A stretch of 20,000 nt of DNA from an uncultured virus (IMG/VR IMGVR_UViG_3300042556_002263). Lineage: Duplodnaviria; Heunggongvirae; Uroviricota; Caudoviricetes. Positions within the stretch are counted from its first letter, which is position 1. Each line of letters begins with the position of its first letter. The translations under genes were made by a program, and so were the position numbers. The notes beneath the pieces were generated by a model. That model searched no databases. It worked only from the letters and a program-made list of their open reading frames with translations, and was not told where the DNA came from. The stretch lies in IMG/VR virus record IMGVR_UViG_3300042556_002263. One strand, 5' to 3'. Of this stretch, positions 8,176 to 17,200 are shown one piece after another.

Positions 8176-11100
8176 TTAACTCGCTCTCTGGATGTCGTAA
8201 ATTTCTTTCATTCTACCTCGCTTCATTGGTCCGTCAACAATGGCTAAAGCGCCTCTGTTGAACCACACAATCGGCGAATTTCCCTCATGGTCAACACCGT
8301 CGTATCCGTAAATCATGGCGGCATAGTGCTCATCTTTTGACGCAAGTGATTCCATGTATTTTAGTGCATCCCATAGTTCCTGTCTCATTTCTGGAGGTGC
8401 AGTCTCCATATATTTAAACATGTTTGACAGGAGTTGACCTGCTTCAGTTTGCCAAATTGGGTCGCCATCTGCAAACGCTTTAAGAATTTCAGCCTTTAAT
8501 TCTTTTACCAAGTCTTGCGGGTCAAGGTCTTTTGCCCCCTGTGTTCCACCGCCAATTCCGGAGAGGGCTTTATGTACTTCACTCCAAATTTTTCTATGTT
8601 CGGCCTGAAGTTTTGCTGCCTCAGTGATTGTTAAAACCCTTGTATCTGGGGAAATAAGAGCAAGCGTTCCCTGTTCATAAGCGAGATAACCATCCCAGTT
8701 CGTACCAGGTCTTGCCCAGTATTCACCAGGACCGTATACAGCACCGCCTTCACCAGTGATAAATCTTTCTGGGTCTTCAATGTAGTCCTTAATCCAACCT
8801 ATTGCTCCGGCCTCGTTGTTGGCAGGCGGTGGGGGTGTTCCGTGACCACGCTGTATTACCTTCCATCCTTGACCAGCAAGGAATTCAGCATCTTCTTCTG
8901 TTATTGGTGTAGCAAGGGCATTATATCCCTGGGCGGTCCATACATTACCTAGTTCCTTACCAGCATTTTGTCCCTTTTGTTCTTGAAGCAGTTCAAGTGC
9001 TCGCGGGTCATCTTTTCCTCTAAATAGAATTGCAAGTTTTTGAATGCCCTTTTCATCAACTTTAGGAACTCCGCCTTTTCCATTTCCAAAAATTGTTGGG
9101 TTGGATGACTTTGTCGATTCAATTTCTTTCATGACATCATCAGCGCTCGGACCACCCTTGAGTTTGCGCTTAAGTCTTCTGCCGGTTCTTGCAAGCGCTC
9201 TTCTTGCTCTTTCTTTTGCCCCCGGTGCACCTGGTCTGTCTTCGCCAAGACCGCGTACTATGCCGCGCCTTTGTCTGCGTAGTTCTCTCTTGGCTTTTGC
9301 CGCCTCGGCGTTTTCGAAAATCCTGTCGGCAAACTTTTTTAATTTTCCGCTCTTTCCTTTTCCGACAACGGCCCTCTTGCCTTCTTTGTACTGTTCATAT
9401 TCAGTAAAGAATGAAGAAGGCGCTTTCCAGTCAATTTTGGGGCGAGTTTTACCTTCAAATGGGTCTTTTGTGCCCTTCAATATACTGCCCGCCGCATTTC
9501 TGCCAAGTCCCTGATTTCGTGACCTGGCGGTCAGGTGCTCCATTAGTTCCCAGTTATCTGTTTCAAACATTGAGTCAAAAACCTTAAGGTCCTGCAGGTC
9601 ATCTAGTAGAGTCCTTTTTTCACTCTCTAGTTTTTTGACTTTATTTTCTAGTGATTTTAGCGTTTTGGGGTTTGTTGGTGTTGGTGAACTTTGCGCCGCC
9701 TGAAGAGCATTGTTTGCAGCAACTAGGTCAGAATCAATGTCTTCGATAATTGCTTCAACTGCAAGTTCGAAACTTCTTAACGCTTCTCCGGAAATCCTAG
9801 AATCTTCAGACCATGGTTTGCTGTCTGCGTCTGTTTTGGAGCCAACTTTTCCGGTCTTTGCCAAGAAAGAACCCCACCATGTGCCACTACCGTACTCATC
9901 GCCAAGTTCTCTTTTGATTGTTTTCTGAATCTGTTCATATCTATCTTTTAGATTTTCAACAACTGTTGCTTTCTGTGCATCATCAAGACCGTTAAATATC
10001 TGACCGTCAGTATCTTTAACTTTGTCAACTCCTGGTCGTTTTCTGGCCGTTGCTTTACCACGCGAAGCAAAACCCTGAACCTGTCTTTCTGTTCTTGCAG
10101 TAGAAACTCTTCTTGATACACCGCGACCCTGCTCCGCAACTGGAGTTGAACGGCTAGCAATCGGTTTGACGTTTTCTAATCTGGGTTTTCCACCGGGAGT
10201 GCGCGCTCTGCTCGGAGCATCTTTTGGTGCCTGTAACGGTTTCCCGCCAGCAACCCTCGTGGGGCTAGTTCTTCCACTGGCGCTAGAAAATCCTTGCCAC
10301 GCTCTTGTGGCGGCTCTTGCGTCTACCGCGCCACCTGTTGCCCTGTCGTTAACTCCGGGAACTGCTGGTCTTTGGTACGGAGTTCCCTCTTGCACTATGC
10401 CGTCACCATCACCGTCCCAAGCCTTGGGGTCAAATCTTGCCATTGCGGCACGACCCGCTCTTCTTGCGAGTCTTGTTCCTCCACTAAGTCTCTCGCCGAG
10501 GGCTTTGAACTCAATATTTTCACCGAGACTCTTTGTCTCTAGTGAATCAATTATTCCGGTTTTAGTTCTTATGTTTTGGGAATTTATAAGAGCAGATTTT
10601 ATTTTCATTCCAAGTCTTCTTTCCGAAGACCTTCCAACATTTGAGTCAAATCTTTGTCTTAGGGATTTGCTTTGTGGGGTGCTTGGGTTTGCGTTGTACA
10701 TCCATTTTTGGAAGTTAAATGCATAATTATTGACTTTTGCCTCATGCGCAATGCTTCCCTCTTTAATGCTTTGTCTCATGTACAGGCACTTGTAAGAAAT
10801 AGCAGGAGAATACTGATATCCAGTAAAGTAGTTAATTGGAGTATCGATTACGGCTGGAACAATAGAGGCTGTCTTTATTCTTATAGAACCGGCATGTCTA
10901 TAGGATTTTGAAGCAACAAAATTTGAAACAGAAACATCACCATATCCAAATGTAAGTATTAGAGACTTGAGTTCTGTATCGGATGTATTTTTGTATGGAC
11001 CTTGAATTATTCCGGCAGGTATTTGCGATTCCTCTAGACTCTTTACCTCTACCTTATTTGCCCAGTTAGCCCACTCTTTGCCCTGACCCTCATATCCATA

Positions 11101-11184
11101 GTATTTAATGCCATAATCGTCTTTTACAGCGATGGCGAACTTTTCATTGCGTAGTGCATCAAAGAGTGTAGATACTTGCTTCAT
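8176..11184 (-). CDS. Multidomain protein (1002 aa): N-terminal leader, DGDGDG tag, coiled coil, C-terminal ADP-ribosyltransferase-like domain
   Basis: C-terminal motifs QGYNALATPITEE..VIQRG, GGAVYGPGEYWA and YAAMIYGYDGV..IVWFNRGALAI resemble ART-like domains of phage head proteins. ATGA overlap with the upstream gene. Confidence 0.65.
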   Translation of the reverse strand: MKQVSTLFDALRNEKFAIAVKDDYGIKYYGYEGQGKEWANWANKVEVKSLEESQIPAGIIQGPYKNTSDTELKSLILTFGYGDVSVSNFVASKSYRHAGSIRIKTASIVPAVIDTPINYFTGYQYSPAISYKCLYMRQSIKEGSIAHEAKVNNYAFNFQKWMYNANPSTPQSKSLRQRFDSNVGRSSERRLGMKIKSALINSQNIRTKTGIIDSLETKSLGENIEFKALGERLSGGTRLARRAGRAAMARFDPKAWDGDGDGIVQEGTPYQRPAVPGVNDRATGGAVDARAATRAWQGFSSASGRTSPTRVAGGKPLQAPKDAPSRARTPGGKPRLENVKPIASRSTPVAEQGRGVSRRVSTARTERQVQGFASRGKATARKRPGVDKVKDTDGQIFNGLDDAQKATVVENLKDRYEQIQKTIKRELGDEYGSGTWWGSFLAKTGKVGSKTDADSKPWSEDSRISGEALRSFELAVEAIIEDIDSDLVAANNALQAAQSSPTPTNPKTLKSLENKVKKLESEKRTLLDDLQDLKVFDSMFETDNWELMEHLTARSRNQGLGRNAAGSILKGTKDPFEGKTRPKIDWKAPSSFFTEYEQYKEGKRAVVGKGKSGKLKKFADRIFENAEAAKAKRELRRQRRGIVRGLGEDRPGAPGAKERARRALARTGRRLKRKLKGGPSADDVMKEIESTKSSNPTIFGNGKGGVPKVDEKGIQKLAILFRGKDDPRALELLQEQKGQNAGKELGNVWTAQGYNALATPITEEDAEFLAGQGWKVIQRGHGTPPPPANNEAGAIGWIKDYIEDPERFITGEGGAVYGPGEYWARPGTNWDGYLAYEQGTLALISPDTRVLTITEAAKLQAEHRKIWSEVHKALSGIGGGTQGAKDLDPQDLVKELKAEILKAFADGDPIWQTEAGQLLSNMFKYMETAPPEMRQELWDALKYMESLASKDEHYAAMIYGYDGVDHEGNSPIVWFNRGALAIVDGPMKRGRMKEIYDIQRAS

Positions 11185-13184
11185 TTCAGCGCTCCAAATA
11201 TTTCGAGCAGGGTGTTTTTGCTATTTTCATAGACACTGATTCTCGTTTCAATAATCTGTCCGACGATTTCAAGGTGTGCTTTTTCAGCGCCAGAAAGTTT
11301 TCCGTCGTTATACATCCTTGATTTCAACTGCGTAAAGTTAAATTTCCTTGCTCTTAATAATAAAGCGTCTATTTCTCTTCTGAAAGCAAGTTGTTGCTGT
11401 TTCTTTAGTTGTTGAAAGTATGACAAGTACTTGTCATTTCCAGGAGATTTCATAAAATCATTGATTGTCATCCTGGTGCGTTCACGAATTTTAATTTTGT
11501 CCAGGTCGGTGAGGGCAGATGTGTAGTTGTTTGTAACAACAGGTTTAGTTATCTCGCCATTTGACACGGGGACAATGGAACCTGGGTCCCTGACTCTTTG
11601 GTCCGTAATCCAGTCAGATACAAGCATTTTTGCTACGTCCTCAGGCTCATAGTCTGTGAACTTTTTTCTTCTGTCCACTTCATAGCCACGAATTATGCTG
11701 CCCGGGTCCTCAACCATGTATTTCCTATTGCTTCCAGTCCCCACAAAGAAAACGTCTGGGGATTCAAGGCCGAGAAACTGTTGGAAATCTGAGGCAACTC
11801 TTTGCCCAATGTGTTCATTTTCCCCAGACGGCGAGTGAAGTATGTACTTGGGCCCGTTTGGCACTGAAACAATGCTCCTCTTAGCGTCAAGTTTTTCAAC
11901 CTTAAATGCATTGCTTCTAGATATTGCTTGACCAAGTATTCCAGGGTCTATGTCGCTAAGTTTCCCACCTTCTGAAATAAGCGCTACCGCCCTATCGAGG
12001 TCAGTTATTTGTTTGCCGATTTGTGATTCACTATCAGTTTCACGAGAAGATTCTGCAATAGGCTTTGCTTTCTTTCCTTTTCCAAACAATTCATCAGCCC
12101 ATCTCGGAATTGTTCTACCGTTTTTGGAAACAGATTCATTTGGGTTCTTTATGTTTACAAAATTTTCTGAGTAGCCAATACCGTCACCCGTTTGGTTCAC
12201 TACTTCTTTTAAGCGTGCAGTTGGGTCATTGCTGATATCTATTTTTGCAGCAGAGTTAACTGTTCTTCCGAGTTTTCTTCTTTCACCAACAGTGAGCGGC
12301 CTCTTCTTTTCTAGACTTATCTGTGAGCCGCCAGGCATAACATATGTGAGTTTTGTTATTCCGGTGTTGGATAAAAGACCCAGTTCCTGTCCACCCATTT
12401 GGTCGGCACTTTGTACAGAAAGAAGATATGTAGCGCCCTCCATGTCTCTGTTGTCCGGGATTGCTCTTAATACCTGTGCTGATACAACTGGCTCTAAAAC
12501 AAAACCATCCCTGCGAACCATTCTGGCGACAGGTTTGTCAACCCTTCCTATTTCGGATACTAGATTTCTTGCTGCCGCAACTACAGCACCGCGATTTTCG
12601 TTTCCGACTCTTGGAATTTGTGGGCGTCTTGATTGAACTATGCTTTCTGGCATTGCCTGTCCAGTAATAGGAGTCGATTCGCCACGAGAAGCCTGAATTG
12701 CGCCTCGCGCGACTCTTCTCAATGCCCCTATTGCCAAACCGAGTGGGGAAGGAAGGTCAAATAGTTTTGCACCGCATGTTGAAAGTCTATTGTCCGTAAA
12801 TCTTCCACCATATTGGTATCCCTCTGGGCATCTTGAAACACCATCACCGCCTGGGGTTCGTCCTGGAATATTTGGTTTTCCTGGTGTTATTGCTCTCCAT
12901 CCACCAGACCTGACAGGACTTCTTAGCGGGCTTAAGTTTCCGGGCAATGCAACAGAACCAATTGACTGCGCGGCTTGGCCTATCGGGCTGTGGGTTCCAA
13001 GAAGACCAACTTTTACATCGTATTTTCTTGTCAGTCCTGAGCGTCTTGACAGCGCTTTGTAGTCAACCAAATTTTGGTCTCCATTTAGGCGTTTTTTTAC
13101 AATTGACTTATTTGTAATAGCGCTTTTAGTTGATATAAAAGAAATGCGCCTTACTACATATCGAGTCGTTGTGGAATCAAACAT
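11181..13184 (-). CDS. Multidomain protein (667 aa): RCP..RFT..C tag, degenerate JAB/MPN-like domain, degenerate HipA/PI3K-like kinase fold
   Basis: Kinase-like pattern KYILH..EHIGQRVASDFQQFLGLESPDV..MLVSDWITDQRVRDPGSI (canonical D.l..N.DRH.gN). JAB-like pattern RRDGFVL..DMEGATYLLSV..MGGQELGLL..GITKLTYV without the HxH motif. Confidence 0.55.
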   Translation of the reverse strand: MFDSTTTRYVVRRISFISTKSAITNKSIVKKRLNGDQNLVDYKALSRRSGLTRKYDVKVGLLGTHSPIGQAAQSIGSVALPGNLSPLRSPVRSGGWRAITPGKPNIPGRTPGGDGVSRCPEGYQYGGRFTDNRLSTCGAKLFDLPSPLGLAIGALRRVARGAIQASRGESTPITGQAMPESIVQSRRPQIPRVGNENRGAVVAAARNLVSEIGRVDKPVARMVRRDGFVLEPVVSAQVLRAIPDNRDMEGATYLLSVQSADQMGGQELGLLSNTGITKLTYVMPGGSQISLEKKRPLTVGERRKLGRTVNSAAKIDISNDPTARLKEVVNQTGDGIGYSENFVNIKNPNESVSKNGRTIPRWADELFGKGKKAKPIAESSRETDSESQIGKQITDLDRAVALISEGGKLSDIDPGILGQAISRSNAFKVEKLDAKRSIVSVPNGPKYILHSPSGENEHIGQRVASDFQQFLGLESPDVFFVGTGSNRKYMVEDPGSIIRGYEVDRRKKFTDYEPEDVAKMLVSDWITDQRVRDPGSIVPVSNGEITKPVVTNNYTSALTDLDKIKIRERTRMTINDFMKSPGNDKYLSYFQQLKKQQQLAFRREIDALLLRARKFNFTQLKSRMYNDGKLSGAEKAHLEIVGQIIETRISVYENSKNTLLEIFGALK

Positions 13185-13813
13185 TAATTTTCCAAAGTCC
13201 TGTTTTCATATGGAATTGACTTAGTTCCCTCTTCTGTTTCGCCTTCTTGCTCCCAATTGGAATCGTCAGAAAGCATTTTGCAAAAATCTGGTTCCATTTG
13301 CTGGAATCCCATCATTACTTTTGCCGCAAAATCTTCATCTTCTGCTGTAACAACATTATCATAATCCTCATCACGCATATCGTCTGATTTTTTTCCTGGA
13401 TTGCCTTTTGCTATTCTTGCAACCCTTTTACTGAAATCAGAATCTGACCAAATTGAACCGTTAACTATTCCACGCATTTTTTTTCTGCAGTTTTTCATTC
13501 CAGGGTGATGGCATCCCTCATTTGGCCATAAACCAGTCGTTTCATGGTGTAGCCACGCACAGATATTGTTCAACGGATACAATTCCGGGTGGTCGGCAAG
13601 GATTACCTTACATCTGCGAAATCCACCAGGCTTTTTCATAATTGGACGCCAGTAGCGCAAAAGTCTTTCTAGGTTTCCCCTTCTTGGGCCACGACCCTTA
13701 AGAATGTCGCCAGTAAGTCTTTCCTGTGGAACATCAAAAAGAACATCTTGTGGAGCCTTTTGCTCAAATATAAAACCTTTTATGGCTCCCTTGTGTTCAC
13801 CCCATGTAGTCAT
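13184..13813 (-). CDS. Phage head-associated protein (209 aa) with Cys/His domain
   Basis: GNLERLLRYW..PGGFRRC..L..ICAWLHHETTGLWP resembles a domain recalled from actinobacteriophage head modules. Coupled to neighbours on both sides. Confidence 0.65.
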   Translation of the reverse strand: MTTWGEHKGAIKGFIFEQKAPQDVLFDVPQERLTGDILKGRGPRRGNLERLLRYWRPIMKKPGGFRRCKVILADHPELYPLNNICAWLHHETTGLWPNEGCHHPGMKNCRKKMRGIVNGSIWSDSDFSKRVARIAKGNPGKKSDDMRDEDYDNVVTAEDEDFAAKVMMGFQQMEPDFCKMLSDDSNWEQEGETEEGTKSIPYENRTLEN

Positions 13814-14256
13814 TTTTCTTTCATCCCATCTAGGCGTATTGATTTTTGAGTATTTAGCCTAACCATTGAAACATTTTGTGTTTCTAAAAGTGATTTAAAT
13901 TCAAATACTCTTCTGTTTATAGATTTTGACTTCATCTTAGATTTTAGAACATCTGTAACTATTGGAACACCAGATAAAAGGCTTTCCGGTATTTTCTGTG
14001 TTTTGTTTACAAATATTCTTTTCCATCTATCTTCATCGGAGTCTGCGTCACTGGACTCGTTGTCCCATAGATATTTATGAAAACTGCTTGATTTTATTGG
14101 TTTAAGGCCATTTAGTTTTGTAGCGGTCTTCCAAAAATTTACCACTTTGCCACCTTTGTCGGTAGACAAAACGCCGTCTCTGTTTTTTGAGTCAGCGTCA
14201 ACTACATAATAAAGTTTTTGTTCACCATTAATGGTTGCAACAAGTATTGCCTTCAT
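13810..14256 (-). CDS. Hypothetical protein (148 aa)
   Basis: ATGA overlaps at both ends; contains EFKSLLE near the C-terminus. Confidence 0.7.
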   Translation of the reverse strand: MKAILVATINGEQKLYYVVDADSKNRDGVLSTDKGGKVVNFWKTATKLNGLKPIKSSSFHKYLWDNESSDADSDEDRWKRIFVNKTQKIPESLLSGVPIVTDVLKSKMKSKSINRRVFEFKSLLETQNVSMVRLNTQKSIRLDGMKEK

Positions 14257-17200
14257 GACGCAACCTTTTCTTTTGGCTTGCTTCCCTTTTTGTCTGGAAC
14301 TGTTTTTTCTATTATTGCATTAACTTCCATTTTGGCCAGTTGCCGCAGTGCTCTAATTCCCGTCATTCCGTATGGCGGCGGCGCTATCCACGTCTGTTCG
14401 GCCATTATGTCTATACCGTTTTTGTTTGTGAATATAACTTCTGCTACCCCGAAAGATATTAATCTTTCTTTTAGTTCTTGTGCTGCTTCAACTTGAAGTA
14501 AATAGGTTAGGTATTTGGGATTGTAGCCACCGCCAACCATTCCACCCTTGTTGAAAAAGTCGTTTATCTGAGCGTCTGTCATGCCTCTCGCTTTAAGCAT
14601 GCTGGAAACCCTCTTTTTTCCACCTATTTGATGTGACTTGGATACTGGTTTGTTTTCTATGTCAAATATCGAAATAGGTATTTTGATGTGTTCTATGTCG
14701 TTAAGTGATATTTCGCCGACTATAAAACCCTCAAAAACATCATCACCATTATCTCTTAGGAAGTTTCTGTAGTCCTTATTCATATAGGCATAAAGCGCTG
14801 AGGTTATTGTTTCTGCGGCTTGTTTCCCGCCCTTTATTACATTGCCAAACACCGTCATCATTATTCTTTGTTGGCTGTCGTCGGTTAGAAGTGAATAGAA
14901 ACCTTCGTTGTCTTCGCTATCTGCTCTTCCATACCCTATGCGTTTTGAGTTTTCGGAACGTATTACGAGTTCAATTCCCCTGCCGTAGTCGGCAAATTCC
15001 TCAGAACCAACTCTTGTACCAGCCATAAATAGATTTTGTTCTATGCGTTTAGTATCTGATTCATGCATTAGTTCAACCGGGGTGAGGGAAAACTCCGCAG
15101 AAGAAACCGAGCCACCTATTATCTTGTCTCTATTTTTCTTCATTTCAGAAAGCATTTTGCTGTCTACGTCAATATTTGCAATTTTGCCGCTTGTTAAAAA
15201 CTCTTGAAGAGAAGATTTAGTCATGGATACTCTTGCTCTTCTGTCTATCGCGCCAAAAACAGAACCGGCAATCTTCAATAGAATTTTGTATATTTCATCT
15301 TCAGAGTTTGATTTCAAAAATCTATTCAGTTCTTTTTCTTCAGGGAACATTTCTTTCGATGCTTCTTCTTTTATTTGTTTTATTGAAGCGCGAATAGACT
15401 TTAGGAAAGTGTCATAGTATTCGTCTACAGAAATCTTGTTTCCGTTTATGTATACATTTTTGTCATTAAATAATGCATATCCCATTTGTGATGCAGAATT
15501 AATTATTTCTTCAGCCTTATCTAGTGTGGCCCTGGACATTCCGCTTGAAGAATAGTTTCCTGAAGAAATCATAAGGTCTCTTCTTGACTTTTTGTATTTT
15601 TCAGAACTGCCTGAAAGAAGTTTTTTAACTCTTTCGTCAGTTGTTTTTTCTATTGATTTAGCAAGTTTTTCTTCTGCCTTTTTCATGTACTCAATAGCAG
15701 ACACCTGCTCGGTGATTTCCGCCTCAGCAACACCGTCTTCACCAAATCCAGTAACTTTCATTTTTCCAGGAGGAACAAGAACGTCTCCAGATTTTTCAAC
15801 TTTTGCCTTAGAGCCAGGAGGCACAACAACTCTAACTTTTTGTTTTTTGCCAGTTGGTTTTTTCTTCTCTGGTTGTGGTTTTTCCCTTAAACCAGGGCCT
15901 AGGACTTTTATCTCTATTTCATCAAATTCTGATTTTCCAAAAAGACTAGAAACCCTATCCCTTGCTCCGGAAAGTTTTGATTTCGTTGCTTCGCTTAATT
16001 CTGATGCTCTTTCCTGAAGAACGCCAACCATTCGAATTGCGCTTGCTTTATTTTCTTCCGTGTTAACCGAATCTGCTATTTCGTTTATTGCTTTTATGAT
16101 TTCTTCCGGAAGACCTTCTTTTGCAATTTTGTCAAGACCGTATGCTCTAACTTTTTCAGCAACTTCAGGACTAATCCATCCCTTCATAAGCATCATCCCG
16201 AGCATTTTTTCTGCAGCATCTCTACTTCCGCGTCTTGCTATGGGTATTAGTGCTGCTGCTGGTCCACCAGCCGAAAAAGCAATTGCTGTTTCTGCAGCAA
16301 GCGACACAAGGTCTTCGTTTTCTGGGTCTACCCCCATTTTTTCCATTGCTTTTCGTGCCGCTCTTGAGTTGAGCAATCTTCCCGCTATCCCAGCGCCAGT
16401 TGCGGCGCGGGAAGAACTTGCGAAACCTCTTCCGTATACTTCTGCTTTGCTTATGCCTTCTGTTTCTATTACGGAACCTATTTCATAATCTGATTCGTCT
16501 ATTTCAAATTCTGCAATAATTTCTTCATCGACCTCTGATTTATCAATTATTTGCAAAACTGGAATTACGGTTTCTGTGTCGTCAAATGAAGTTTCGTTTT
16601 GCGGTTTAATACCGTATGACGAATATATGTCTTCAAGCATTGCCGCATCAGCGCCATATCCTGGATTGTCAACTGAAGAAATACTTGAAACTGGAGTACT
16701 CTCTACTGCTCTGGATATTGTTTCAATTTCACCGGCAGACAGTTTTGCATTTTGAGATTGTGAAACTCTGGAAGCAGAAGCCATTCCACCAGAATATTCC
16801 CTTAAAAATTCTGGTGCGTCTGGTCTCATTTCCCAAATTGCTCGTGTTCCTGGTAGGGAACCGTTTGTTTTTAAATATTCGTTAATGTCCCAAATGTCAT
16901 TAATTGGCGCAATGAGGCCCCTGCCTATTCTTGACTGAGTATCTTCCCATTGTTTAACTGTTCTCTCTACCCTTTCAAGATATGAACGGCATGGTCCAAC
17001 ATCGTCGTAACTATCCCTATCTCTTGCCCTTACATCAGGGGGGCAACCTGCATCAAATAACTCTCTTGCTTCTTTAAGTTTTTGACCAGCCTCAAGATAC
17101 TTTTCTCGCAACTTTGTAATCGCTTCAACAAGTTTTGCTTCTTCGTCTGGGGATATCGTATCGCCTCTTAAAAGTGAACTTGCCATTTCTTTTAAATCGA

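Noticed and set aside
15900..16410. Possible intein in the split ART-like domain
   Set aside because: No C-terminal HN-[CST] splice motif or LAGLIDADG signature is visible.
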